DNA of 64,000 bases from Octopus sinensis (lineage: Eukaryota), in NCBI RefSeq assembly GCF_006345805.1, contig NC_042998.1, forward strand, positions 107,880,001 through 107,944,000. Reading direction: 5' to 3'. The position numbers and the translations under genes are program-made. The notes below the pieces were generated by a model. It was not told the DNA's origin and made no database searches. It saw only the letters and a list, made by a program, of their open reading frames with translations. Position 1 is the stretch's first letter, and every line of letters begins with the position of its first letter. Below, piece by piece: positions 24,795-37,589 of the stretch.

Positions 24795-25485
24795 GTTGAG
24801 GGAACCTGTGGAAGAGGTAGACCCAGGAAAGCCTGGGACGAGGTGGTGAAGAATGACCTTCGCGCTTTAGGTCTTACCGAGGAAATGACCAGAGACCTAG
24901 ACCTTTGGAAGTATGCTGTGCGCGAGAAGACCCAGCAGGACACGTGAGGCCATAACCCATGGCCCCTACCTGGGACATAGTCAGTCTACCTGTGCATACC
25001 TTCCTTCTTGGGACACTTGTGAAGACCTGTTGAGGCAAGTGAAAATCAAACCAAATCAAAATCGATGAACATCAATGGAATTTGTATCTTTGTGGTACCA
25101 GTGCTGGTGGCACATAAGAAAACCATCCGAACGTGGCCGTAGCCAGTACCGTATCGACTGGCCTCCATGCTGTGGGCACGTAACAAACACCATCCGATCG
25201 TGGCCATGCCAGCCTCGCCTGGCCTCTGTGCCGGTGGCACGTAAAAAACACCATCCGAGCGTGGCCGTTCGCCAGCCTCGTCTGGCACCTGTGTCGGTGG
25301 CACATAAAAAGCACCCACTACACTCACGGAGTGGTTGGCGTTAGGAAGGGCATACAGCTGTAGAAACACTGCCAGATCTGACTGGCCTGGTGCAGCCTTC
25401 GGGCTTCCCAGACCCCAGTTGAACCGTCCAACCCATGCTAACATGGAAAGCGGACGTTAAACGATGATGATGATGATGATGATGA
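24795..25485 (+). mobile_element. RTE 3' fragment: ORF C-terminus, 3' UTR with three structured modules, and tail
   Basis: GTCGRGRPRKAWDEVVKNDL-like frame, modules at about 25095-25310 and (GAT)n. Confidence 0.85.
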
Positions 25486-28060
25486 ATAATCTGTGAGAGG
25501 GTAACCCCTAATTACTTGTTTTTGTTTTTTCAAACACTCATGAGGAGAAATTACCCAGTGAAGGCAAAATGGAATATAATCAACGTTATCAAGAGTGGAT
25601 TGAAAACTTAGAGCACAAAGAATCTCATTAAGTCTGTACTTTTGTGTAAAAAACCTTTCAACAATACAAATAACACTACGGTGGTAGAGCTGGTATGCTG
25701 TCTAGTTTAACACTGTCAGCTGGATCAGACCATCATTTCTTTCCTGAGCATTACAGACACTGATCTTCAGATGTTCCAGATGAACATCAGCCATATAAAT
25801 TTTATTAATGTGCAGAGTTCTGTAAAATTCACTCTTAAATTATAAAATAATACCCTGTCTGATGCAATCAAGAGAAAATAAGTGTTTATGTATAGTTAAA
25901 AAATTAACTTACTCGGGTATTAAAGATATGTCTCTGTGCTTTGGTTTTAGGTTAGTTTTAAAACTGTTGTCATCCTTGGAGGGAAAGGAAGCATAGTCTA
26001 CCTGGAAAATGTGAAACAATATCAATTAAAAGTAATTAGAATGTTAAGATGACAAACAAGTCACCAACATTGCTTGTGACCTCAGCTGTAGTCATCATTT
26101 TATGATCTTGTAGCAAACACTCAAGTGAAATTTCTCTCTCCCCTTTATTATATATACGTGCATTCAAATGTAGCAGGTGACAACTAGCCTTTGACCGCTA
26201 TTTGGACCCCATTGTGTTCACTACTTTGATTAGTTGGTATCGGCGCAATTTGTCTCTTACTCTGTTGTACCAATCTGCAGTGTATAACCAATTGGAGCCT
26301 CTAAATAAAAACCCAGCCTCTCCTCATCTCTGGGTCTTTGGTTCCATACCTTTTAAGATCTAGCCACTGACCACACAAGACACAGCCAGTTCCAGTGACG
26401 ACACCACAGAGACACATTGAGACTTACCAACATTGTCCAACAGCATTATGGCAATCTCTTTCTTCATCACCACTATCATCTTCTTAATGTTGTCAACATC
26501 ATCTCTCTACGTACGCAGCTCAACAAGTAACTCATGCAGGTTCCAATACTTCATTGTTTGTGAATTACTTCACCATGGATCAACAGTAAATATACAACCT
26601 GCAAAAACTCCTGTACCAAGTGATCCAGGCAGCAGCATCTCAGCCACAACTCTGTACAACATACTGCAACCGGCTTAGCATCATGGCCACACCTTCTTGA
26701 TACAGTATTTCAGCTACTGTGCACAATTGATTATGAACTGGTACTCTCATTTTTGTGTCTAAACATTCTTCTAACTTCTCATTATAGACTCTTTCACTGT
26801 CTACTTCACTACTATTCTCATATGTACTTAACACACACACATACAACCATGCCTATACACAGATGCACTTTGTCCTCATGATGGCCTTCTATTATTCTGT
26901 ATACATGATGCACACAGACACACATGCTAACATATCAATAAATCTTCTCTTAAACATTCTACCTGGTTGCGTCTCTCTTTCTCCCTCTGGCACATTATAC
27001 GTATTATTCTTTTTATATTTATTGTCAGGGCTGTGTGATGTGCCTGAGAACTCACTCTCATTACCTTGCATTACATGGTCCTTACATCTTTCCTTACTAA
27101 CAGTCAGACATTTTGTATTTTGTATTCATTTCAATTTGTGTACTGGTCTCTTGAAAAGTTAAATGGATTAAGTCATATTTCACATCATTCTTCAACTAAT
27201 TCTCTTGATTTCTTTTCTACTCTAGGCACAAGGCCTAAAAATTTTGGGGAGTGTGTGTGTGTGTGTGTGGGGGGAGGGGGGCAGCCAATTAGATCGATCA
27301 TAGTATGCAACTGGTACTTAATTTACCGACCACATTGTTTTAAGAATGATCAGATGAAATCTCTTACGAAATATATTGTAATGTTGCATGAAAGAACAAG
27401 GATATCAAGAATAAATGGATATAGATACATTTGTTATTACTCATAGCAGAAGCTGAATATATTGAGGTATTTCCTGCTTGATGTAGGATACAGAAGGGCA
27501 ATATCCACTAATACTGTAGTCATGTAAGTAGACACCCTTGTGATGTGTGCCAAACTGAAGAATATGATGTGACATTAACAGTAAAGAATTAGCTAGAAAA
27601 TATTGTAAACTTAGGTGTTGTAGTATGGTATTTGCTTGCTGTGGCTGGTGTTTTGTTAAGTTGCTTAGGATCTGGTTCAGTCAAAATCTTTAATAGACCA
27701 GAAACTATGAAGTGACTATGAAGATAACAAAAGTAGTCAGAAAAGAAGCTTCTCTAAAAGAGGTAAACAAAAGTCGTAAAATCTACTTCATCTTAGAGAT
27801 GATATACTGCTGTCTGACACAATACCATGTTCCAGGAAATATTTGATTAAACTGGAGCACCTATACTTCTGCTGTTACTTATACCTACTATAAGTGCCTA
27901 GTTTTAATTTGTCCTGATTGATCAAACTCAAACATGGAGTGATCCCTATGACCTAGTTTTGCGTCATATGCTCATTGCCCTCTGCAAGCTGGGCAATAAA
28001 GTTGGTAGAAATTCAATCCCTACATACTATAGAGTGCTACAAGATGAATTGAGCAGTATT

Positions 28061-28293
28061 ATTTCTTTATTGCCCAAAGGGGCTAATCATAGAGGGGACA
28101 AACAAGGACAGACAAAGGGATTATGTTAATTACATCGACCCCAGTGCGTAACTAGTACTTATTTAATTGACCCCGAACGGATGAATAGGAAAGTCGACCT
28201 TGGTGGAATTTGAACTCAGAACGTAGCAGCAGACGAAATACCACTAAGCAATTTCGCCCGGCATGCTAACGATTTTGCCAGCTCGCCGCCTTA
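28061..28293 (-). mobile_element. tRNA-derived SINE family B with 14-bp target-site duplication
   Basis: TSD aattgagcagtatt at 28047-28060 and 28294-28307. Head aggcggcgagctggc..gagttcaaattcc; core gtcgac...ggggtcaattaaataagtac resembles the Meta/MESC domain (from memory). Confidence 0.88.
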
Positions 28294-28589
28294 AATTGAG
28301 CAGTATTGGTCAGAAGAATACTTTGGCTAATAACAAGGAAGTGCTACAGACTTGGCTGGAGAGCTTTCAAATCAACATATAAAATAATTGCTACAGTTCT
28401 TTGATCTCCAAGTGCTGCCAGAAGCAATTCCTTTACAATAAACAATGGTTGCATGGCATGATCAACTAAGTCTATAAAGAAATGTGCTCGTAGATATCTT
28501 GTCTGCAGATTTAATGGTTAACTAAGTACATGAGGAAGCAATGTTATCTTTGACATAATCATTTAATTTTTCTCTGATGATGAAAGAAA

Positions 28590-28830
28590 TGGAAGGGCAT
28601 CCAGCTGTAAAAAATCATACTAAAACTGAACTTGTCTGTGCTACTTCCAAGTAAAATACACTGAGTCCACTCTGCAGAGCGGTTGGTATTAGGAAAGGCA
28701 TCTAGCCGTAAACCCCCCACCAAAATAGACACAATAGCCCGGGGTTGTCTTCTACTTGGCTGGATCCTGTCAACTGTCCTACCCATGCATGCATGGAAGA
28801 TGGACATTAAATGATGATGACGATGATAGA
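28590..28830 (+). mobile_element. Degenerate RTE-type 3' tail
   Basis: gaagggcatccagctgt...cccatgcatgcatgg...ggacattaaat(gat)n. Confidence 0.7.
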
Positions 28831-28886
28831 TACTTTCTTCAGAATATAGCTCTGGAACCCTGAGATTAAAGGAAATAGCATACCAA

Positions 28887-28992
<106 letters not shown>

Positions 28993-28998
28993 ACTTAC

Positions 28999-29145
28999 CA
29001 TTTCATCTCTTTTTTGATGAATAACATTAGAAAATTCAACTTTCAGTGTGTTAAGGTGTTTTCGCATGGAGCTCACTTCTTCTTCTAGAATAGCAACTCT
29101 ACGGAAAGCTTGGAGCTGACAATCAACAAAGGATTTCACCAAATT
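28999..29145 (-). CDS. CCDC171: Exon, 147 nt, phase 0-0: NLVKSFVDCQLQAFRRVAILEEEVSSMRKHLNTLKVEF...KRDEM
   Basis: Acceptor ctctctattaaag|AAT and donor ATG|gtaagt. Resembles recalled human [38 protein letters not shown]. Confidence 0.85.
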
Positions 29146-29289
29146 CTTTAATAGAGAGAAATTCATAATATATAACAAACTAGCTAAATTATAATATTAT
29201 TATGATCATTATCTGTTTTTCAAAAGTTTCATGCTAGTTTCTACTTTGCCATTAAATGAACCTTTATGTCTTGAGGCATAATGATGATG

Positions 29290-29690
29290 ATGCGTGGAGG
29301 TGTGGTTGTGTGGTAAGAAGCTTGCTTCCCAACCACATTGTTCCAGGTCAGTCCCACTGCATAGCATCTTGGGCAAGTGTCTTTTACTATAGCACCAGGT
29401 CAACCAAAGCCTTGTGAGTAGATTTGGTATGTATGTGTGTGTATGTTTGTGTTGCCTTGTTTTGATATTGCATGATAGTTGTAAAATGGTTGTCACTGTC
29501 ATAAAAGCAGTATCATTTGTTTCCAATATTCTGCAAAAACATGTTTGGCCATGGGAAATATTATTTTGCATGGAAACAGGTGAGTATTGGTGAGAGGAAG
29601 GACATCCAGCCATAGAAAATCCTCCTCAATAATCTCCAGCCAATCCAGAAAAGCATAGAGAAGTGGGTATTAAAATGATGGTGATATATG
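29290..29690 (+). mobile_element. Degenerate SINE family A followed by a LINE-type tail remnant
   Basis: gtggttgtgtggtaagaagcttgc..cagtcccactgc..ccttgtgagtagatttggta. Confidence 0.65.
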
Positions 29691-29761
29691 CAAACCAATT
29701 CATTGAAATTTACAAGTAAAATTTGATCATTGAAGTGTTAATGCAAAACAGAAAAACTTAC

Positions 29762-29884
29762 TTGACAAGCTATGAGTTCTGGTGCAGTTTTACCAATGAC
29801 AGAAGGAATGTGTTCAGCTTTTAACAACAAAGGAAGGGATGAACAGGGATCACAGGTTTTGGAGAAGCTAATTTGTTCTTTCAC
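29762..29884 (-). CDS. CCDC171: Exon, 123 nt, phase 0-0: VKEQISFSKTC...GKTAPELIACQ
   Basis: Acceptor tttcttcag|GTG and donor CAA|gtaagt. Resembles recalled human VRDQISLS...GPEVVACQ. Confidence 0.85.
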
Positions 29885-30857
29885 CTGAAGAAATAAATAT
29901 GGTAAATAGTGAGAATGAATGTCATTAATTTACTGAGATCATATTACTAATAGTCTCATGATAAAACTTTAATCTTTAGTTAACTTTAATGTCTTAAAGG
30001 TTTTAAACAGTTTCACCTCAAGATTTATCCCACCCTACAATTTCTCTTTTTACTGTTTACCATGTAGTGAGAACCTGGCTGAAATTCAAGCTAAAATTCT
30101 CAGATTTCTCCTGTCTAAAATCATGATCTAATATATTTCCATAAAAGGTATTAATGCCTATATGAATATGATTTGACCAACTGACATTAGCTGAGGCACT
30201 AAGGCAGAACTGCATAGAAAGCATGCAAGATTTCCTGCAAAACAAATTCAAGACTCTCCTGAGTGAACAGTTATTTAAAAGTGAGTTATTTCAACTTAAA
30301 TTTGCACAAGTTGGTCGGTTTTCTTGTGTGGTAGTCTCTCATCTTGCTCATCTTCCTCTCCTATTCACAGGCTTTAAGTAGTAGTGTCAATCAAAGAATG
30401 CTCAGTATATGCTATGATTCATATGTCCTGTACTATTTACACAATATTTATTAAATGTATGTATGTAAATACAGTGCAGTGGTAAATAAAATATGTGGCA
30501 TTTCAAATAAATCTTAGTGTGGTTATTGTCAACACATGCAATCAAACAGCCTACCTGACATGAGAATAGCTAGAAAAAACGATAAGACTAACATCCACAC
30601 TAAAATCACTTCCCTCAATACACAAAAATCTGTACATTCCCAGTAGACTACTGCCAAGAACCAAAATATTAGGCATAAATTACATTGGAGGAGTTATTAA
30701 TATGAGCAACCACAAATGAAATACAATTAATCGATGAAATGATTTAATCTAAGAAGTCAATGAGTTTTGTTGTTAAGGGAAAATAATTTGTGTTGAAGGT
30801 GAACTAATAATAGAACTATAGATGTATTTAGACAGAAATAAAATATGTTTGGAGAAC

Positions 30858-32138
30858 TACAAGGGTTGGTTGAAAAGTTCATAGGCTGACCCAGATACTC
30901 TCATGGAATGTGACTAAGTGAGGTTTATTTTCCAACATAATCCCCCATGTGGTCCACATACTTCTTTTATTGGTGTTGTTGTGCTTAGATCCCATTGGTG
31001 AAGAAGCTTTCATCCTATTGGTCAAAAAATCATCAACAGCAGATATGACATCATCATCACTGCAATGCTGATTCTCAGCCAAGTGCTTTTTCATGTTGGG
31101 GGAACAGATGATAGTCAGATGGAGTAAAATCAAGAGGATAGGGAGAGTGATCAACCAATTTAAAGTCACAGTCAAGCATGGCAGTTATTGAAACCAAGGA
31201 TTTGTGTGCTTGAGCATTGTTCAGATGAAACAAGAACTCTTTTTGTCAGTTTTCCTGGGTGTTTAGTCTTGATAGCCTTTTGTAACTGCCTCAGCAAATT
31301 GGCATAGTACTCTCCATTGATGGTGTAGCCCTTTGAAGATAGTCAATAAACACAAAGCCTTCTGCATCCCAGAAAACTGATGCCATCACCTTCCCTGCAG
31401 ATGAAGTGATGACCTTCTTTGGAGCATGTGAGGAGGGGATCTTTCCACTGCATGGATAACCTTTTTGTCTCTGGTTCAAAGTGATCAACCCAACACTTAT
31501 CCTGGATTAAGAAACTCTACAGGAAACCACCTGAATATTCCACAAACAACACCAGATTTTCCCATGATGTTGTCAGCCTGGTGCACTTTTGATCAAGTGT
31601 CAGGAAACATGAACCCACATAACAGAAGCCTTCATCATTGTGCACAATATTCTCAACTCTCTCACAATATATGCTAATAACAATGACTATTAGTGTTGCC
31701 TGTCATCCATCACCATGTGGTGAACACAATCTTTGTTTTCTTCAGTGGTGGTAGTCACAGGACATCCAGATGTTGGGTCATCTTTAAGATTCTCCCTTCC
31801 CCTCCTAAACTCAGCAGCCTACTTTTGCACTGTTGATAAAGCTGGAACGTCATCCCCTTATGTAGCAAGAATGTCAGCATAAATGTCCTTGGGTACCTGC
31901 CGGTACTTGATAATATCATGATGTCAAATTTTGTCCATTCTCAAGAGAAGTTACTAGTAGTTACTTTTGAAGTCTTCTCTGAACTGTCAGATGTCAGTTT
32001 ACTTAGGGGGAAAAAAAAACAAACCCCCAAACAATGCAGTTATTGATAAGAAGTGTTGAAATTAATGCATGCAAAATTTCACAGCTATAGTATCACTCCT
32101 CCATAGTCAGCCTATGAACTTTTCAGCCCACCCTTGTA
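30858..32138 (-). mobile_element. Full-length (1281 bp) decayed mariner transposon
   Basis: 33-bp TIRs with 2 mismatches (30858-30890 and 32106-32138), TA ends. Frameshifted transposase pieces SAGKVMASVFWDAEG and PYPLDFTPSDYHLFPNMKKHL. Confidence 0.9.
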
Positions 32139-33099
32139 TAGGACACAAAGGACTCACCCTCTCTGTACAAAGTTGAAGTATTTTAGGGGTGTGTTGGAAG
32201 TGTATAATGTTGTATTACAGGGAAGTGGATGAAAAGGATTGGCTACCATTACACAAAAAAATTCGTTTATCTGTCAAGTAGGCTAATGATAATTTAAACA
32301 ATGAAAGTGTCTGTATTTTAAATAGAAATCTTGTGCTTGGTGACAAGAGAAATATTGCACAGGTGTTTTATTTCTCTCTCAGATGTATTAAAAGAATAAT
32401 AAAATGAACACTGAAGTCTATAGAGAAGGGGATTACTCAAGCTGTTACTAATCTAATACACTTTAGAGAGAAGACTGTTTGAAAATGAAATAATACATTT
32501 GTTTTTGTTACTGAGTGCCAAAGTCAATGTGAGTTACAAAGCAGATCAAGATCCATCAAAAAAACCTCAATGCAGTTACTTTATTTAACTGTTATTTTGC
32601 ACAGGCTGAGGACCAAATGGACTCATATATGTATGTAGTTGACTGAGAAATCATTGAAAGGTCTCATATTTGGTACATATGTATGGTAGCTTTAAGATTT
32701 TGCTGTTGTGTAATCCCAGCTCAATGTATCACAGGTCTGTTCTGATCAAGCAGACCTGATTATTGATAAATGACGAGGAACATTACACAGATCCAGAGTT
32801 CTGTCTAGTTTAGAACTATATTCCATGTGCAGCTGTGTAGTCATTAAGAAAAATAAGTAATGGGGTCAATTCATTTGACTAATTCAAGGTGGTGTGTGGT
32901 GTCCCAGCATGGCCACATACAGTCTAATGACTGAAACAAGTAAAAGATAAAAATTACATACCCACCCACACATATATATAATGTAATGTCTGGGGAGAGT
33001 CGTTCTGCTTTAATACCTTATTAATTAACACGCTCACTGGTTCAATTTCTACTCATTTACTTACTTATTTATTTTTTTCTAAAATATATATATATATAA

Positions 33100-33290
33100 A
33101 ATCATCATCATTTAATGTCTATTTTCCATGCTGGCATAGGCTCCAGTCTGATTTGGCATGGTTTCTATGGCTGGATGTCCTTCCTAATGCCAACCACTTT
33201 ACAGTGTGTGCTGGGTGCTTTTAACGTGGCACTGCATGAGTACTTCTATGTGGCACCAGCACAAGTGCTTTTTACATGACACTGGCAACG
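33100..33290 (-). mobile_element. RTE-type 3' tail remnant
   Basis: catcatcatttaatgtc...ggctggatgtccttcctaatgccaaccac. Confidence 0.7.
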
Positions 33291-33734
33291 GACTCTTGAA
33301 GGCTAGTCCGCTGCACCAGATGGAGTGGTTTTAACACTTCTGCTTAGAAGTTTCGAGTCTTCTTGAGTGCAGCAAGGCACCAGGTATCTTGGGCCTATAC
33401 ACACACACATACATATAAATGCAATACCAGTTCAAATATTTTTGAGAAATATTTGAACCCATAAAAGACTTTTCAATGTTGTTGGTAATGGAAAAAAAAA
33501 TTCTCTCTTGAAAAGGTGTAAAGATGCCAGAGTCACCCCCAGCTATTCAACAGCCATTGACTCTACTGAGTTTATCCATCCTTTGAAAAGTTTTGTTTTT
33601 TATCCTACAGGATGTCCAAAGAAAACCATCGACCTTACCAAACAGGCTTAGTAGGGTTGCTGGTTAAGTTGGCAACAGCCCAATCATGCAATAGGTTCTA
33701 CTTAGTTGTATATATATACATACATATAAAACAT

Positions 33735-34180
33735 CATCATCATTGTTTAGCATCCATTTTCCATGCTAGCATGGGTTGGACGGTTCAACTGGGGTCTGTG
33801 AAGCCAGAAGGCTTCATCAGGCCTAGTCAGATCTGGCAGTGTTTCTACGGCTGGATGCCCTTCCTAACGCCAACCACTCCATGAGTGTAGTGGGTGCTTT
33901 TTACGTGCCACCCGCACAGGTGCCAGACAGAGCTGGCAAACGGCCACGAACGGATGGTGCTTTTTATGTGCCACCGGCATGGGGGCCAGGCGAAGCTAGC
34001 AACGGACACGAACAGATGGTGCTTTTTACGTGCCACTGGCACGAGGCCAGTCGGGGTGGCGGGCGCTGGCAACGGTCACGAACGGATGGTTCTCTTACAT
34101 GCCACCGGCACTGGTAACACATCTGCAATTTCCATTGATCGATTTCGATTCTGATCCTCACTTGCCTCAACAGGTGTGTA
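33735..34180 (-). mobile_element. RTE 3' UTR with three structured modules plus tail
   Basis: Reverse complement of the 13969-14738 type. Confidence 0.85.
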
Positions 34181-34194
34181 TATATATATAGTGC

Positions 34195-35250
34195 GTTTAA
34201 ATATTTGTTGTGCAAGATTTTTTATGTGAAGTCGTGTGTTGAAACAGATATTGTTATATTTCGGAATGGTCATATTGCCAGTTTAGCCAATAAAAACACA
34301 CGCACTATATATTTGGTGTTATTTTGCTTCAGTGTTATTTATTTTTTTTACATTAATCTTAATCTTATTTCGGCCAGAGTTCTTTCGTCACACTCCTGTG
34401 ACCGCATCAGTGGTCCTTTGTTTTCTTCTTTCTTATTTGTGTCTCTCCTTACTAACTGTCGCCATTTTGTATTTCTATTGTATGTCTTCATTTGCACATG
34501 TTTATGTGCGTCTATGTTTATTTAGTGTGTGTATGGGGGGGATGCCTGTAATATTTGTATCTTCTGGAGGTGAACTGGCATACCGCTTTAGAAGGACCCT
34601 AGACAAACTTAAGCTAAGAATTAAGGTTGTTGAAAAGCCAGGCAACCCTATCAAATCTATAATTGGTAGAACTTATCCTTTAGAGCTCCACGACCTCCAT
34701 TTTTCAGGTCAATGTCTTTTTGTTCTACTAAAAGGATAGGTTCTACCAATTATAGGTTTGACAAATTACAGAAGCTACACACATAATAGAAAATAAACCT
34801 AGCCTGAATAGAAAACTAGAATGGAGCACTAACACACACCACAACATATGACGATAGAGGATCCCGAAAACATAATAAATACACAGATAAATAAACTAAT
34901 AGAAATAAATAACTATATATATTTTGCTGTTTTTGTTTATTCTTATTTTGTTCATGTGTTTACATCCACTTATTATTATCATTACATATACTTGTATGTA
35001 TGTATGTATAACAACTTATTTCGGCCAGAGTTCTTTTGTCACACTCCTGTGACCGCATCAGTGGTCCTTTGTTTTCTTCTTTCTTATTTGTGACTCTCCT
35101 TACTAACCGTCAGCCATTTTGTATTTCTATTGTATGTCTTCATTTGCACATGTTTATGTGCGTCTATGTTTATTTAGTGTATAAAATTGGATTCAATCCT
35201 AAATCTGATTTTTCCCTGTAAATTTGGATTTATTCCCTAATATTTATTAT
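34195..35250 (-). mobile_element. Rearranged Penelope-like element: two ~165-bp direct repeats (34364-34528 and 35015-35180, 4 differences), flanked by (TA)n
   Basis: Each repeat carries a hammerhead-like motif on the minus strand. The internal plus-strand peptide PVIFVSSGGELAYRFRRTLDKLKLRIKVVEKPGNPIKSIIGRTYP resembles the PLE RT-endonuclease linker (from memory). Confidence 0.65.
34370..34416 (-). ncRNA. Variant minimal type I hammerhead-like motif (second copy at about 35021-35067, with G12 mutated)
   Basis: GGACCA CUGAUG CG GUCACA-GGAG-UGUGAC GAA AG-AA-CU C UGGCC. Position 9 is non-canonical. Confidence 0.55.
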
Positions 35251-35399
35251 TATTATATATATATATATAGTAGTTGTCTACTCCTTATGCAGAGTTTGAC
35301 TACCTCCTGTACCTACACCTTAGAACCATCAAGGCACCTAATGTGTAGTTGGCATTAGGAAGGGCATCCAGTTGTTGAAACCATGCCAAAGCAGACACT

Positions 35400-35600
35400 G
35401 GAGCACAATGCAGTTCTTTGACACCCACATAGACTGCATATCTGATTTGGACCACCAAGAGCTGCAGATAAGTCCTGATTTTTGTGGATCTTAAAATGTC
35501 TTTTGAGGCCTCCGTTAGACTTGCAAACCTTCTTGCATACATTGCATTGAAAGGTGTGCACAGAGATATAGGCAGAGTAGTTGGAGGTTCCTTTTCCATG
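35400..35600 (-). other. Isolated C2H2 zinc-finger coding fragment
   Basis: FQCNVCKKVCKSNGGLKRHFKIH (C-x2-C-x12-H-x3-H), followed by a truncated CSLC. Confidence 0.6.
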
Positions 35601-35619
35601 GTTTTGCATATATATATGT

Positions 35620-35950
35620 ATCAGGCTGGGTAACCATGTCTCTCCTTTACAGTGACACACCTGTTTCTGTCCTCATTCTTGATTACTCTCTCTCTCTGGC
35701 TGGGTAACCATGTACCTCCTCTGCAGCAAGACACCCGTTTCTGTTTCTCTGTCACACTCTAACCTTTTATCATCTGACACAAGATCACCTCTTCCAGTAC
35801 CCCTCCCCTCTCAAAGGATCTTTGTCTTGCAAGTTACTTGGTGACCTTGCCAGTGCTGATGGCAGGTAAAAAGCATTCAGTCCACTCTGTGAAATGGTTG
35901 GCATTTGGAAAGCGTCCAGTTGTAAAAACCTTGTCAAAATTGAAGTCAGG
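35620..35950 (+). mobile_element. LINE 3' UTR subfamily fragment, shared with 54640-54910 (+) and about 51140-51300 (-)
   Basis: ctgggtaaccatgtacctcct.t.cagcaagacacc.gtttctgt...gcaagttacttggtga.c.tgccagtgctg. Confidence 0.65.
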
Positions 35951-36539
35951 TCACTCTTGAGCGCTACTGGTAACAGATAACCCAGTACAACCTGTCACAT
36001 GGTCGGGTCGTCAGCGACTAAACTGGCAACTCCATCAAGCTTGCTTGATGTGGAAGGTGATTGTTGGACACCCTGCAGGATGAAAAGTAAGACCCATCAA
36101 AGGGTGGAAGAACTACTGTGTAGCCAATGGCCAATTCAACAAGTACCTTGTTGTGGTGAAGTGCCTGTGTGCTCCATTGACCCGGAGAGCTATACTAGAG
36201 GGAGAGAAATATTCAGGCAGGTCTTACTAGGTCAGACAAGTCAAAGGGCAGGAGACAAACAAAATCTTAATGACAATAAATCAAAGTGTCGGCAGCAGGG
36301 CGTGGATTTAGTTATCGGCAGGACCTAACAGATCAGATTCCTGGCTTTGAACTAGTGGGATGTCATACAGAGGATCTTGAATAGAAGACAATGCATGAGA
36401 CCCTAATATTCCTAGTTAGATGGAAACTGCAGGACCACATGGAGCAACATGCTGTGACTCCTATAGTATGCACAACCGAAACGCCTATAAGGGGCGTCCT
36501 ATGGGATGACCTAGATGAGATGAAAACTGACTTTGTCTG

Positions 36540-36720
36540 TGCTTGTGCCACATAAAAAGCACTCAGTCCACTCTACTGGGTGGCAGAGCATCCAACCATG
36601 AAAACTCTGCCAAAACAGACTCAGAAGTCTGATGCAGGCTTCTGCCTGGCCAGCTCCTGTCAAACTGTCCAACCCATGTCAGCATGGAAGACGGACATTA
36701 AATGATGATGATAATGATGC
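36540..36720 (+). mobile_element. RTE-type 3' tail
   Basis: gccacataaaaagcac...ccaacccatgtcagcatgg...ggacattaaat(gat)n. Confidence 0.75.
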
Positions 36721-36873
36721 AGTTGGTAGTCTGGAATGTTGTACTCTTTCTACTGTTTAGTCTGGTTCAGTATACTTGGGCAGTCCTAGAGAAAGGGGAC
36801 AAATGTTTGTTGATATGCCATAAACTAAATGTGAGAATATCATCATCGTTATTTAACAGCCACACACATACAT

Positions 36874-36921
<48 letters not shown>

Positions 36922-37589
36922 TCTAATACTTGGCCACTAAGCATATTACTGGTACTATTTTCTTCCAGATGGAAGAAATTAGTTTGCAGTTCAGAAAATT
37001 TCAGTTTTTTTATTCATAAGCAACCAATTTGTGAGTGAATTATATGGTGTTAACCACTGAATACCACTCTACAGATTTTATACTTTTATCAATTTAAATA
37101 GTTGTGGATTTTATGATAGAGATATATGCTATATATATATATATATATATGTAAAAAATGAAGTTCGAAAATGCTGCTATAGTACACAAATTTTTAATTT
37201 TTATATATACATTATAACATGTTTCGGTTCTTGAGAACCTTATCAAAAAAAGTTATATATAAAAAAAGATAGTTCATGCTATCAAATATAAAAAATTCAT
37301 TTATAATATACAATAGAGTCAGACATCAAAAGTTCATATATCGTGAAGTGAGTTCGTTCATGCTATATGTTTAGAGAGTATGATGTAGAGATAAAGAACT
37401 GTATTTCATCAAAAAATTTAGACCAAGTTTAAACACCCTAGGCCAGGAATATTAAAACAAAAGATTGGTCCTCCGAAAAGGAGAAGCAAAATTCCACCAC
37501 GGCCGCTACCTTAAACAGTCACTCGCACTGACGGAAATATACCTTAGGGAAAAAAGGGAAAAAAATCTCTTCGAACAGATCTAACCCTG

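Noticed and set aside
26160-26420. Solo LTR (TG start, TATAA and AATAAA-like motifs)
   Set aside because: No TSD, partner LTR, PBS or PPT could be identified.
30057-30251. Candidate host exon with a good acceptor (ttgttttgcag)
   Set aside because: No phase-compatible donor and no similarity; the 55-nt exon at 52085-52031 fills the gap exactly.
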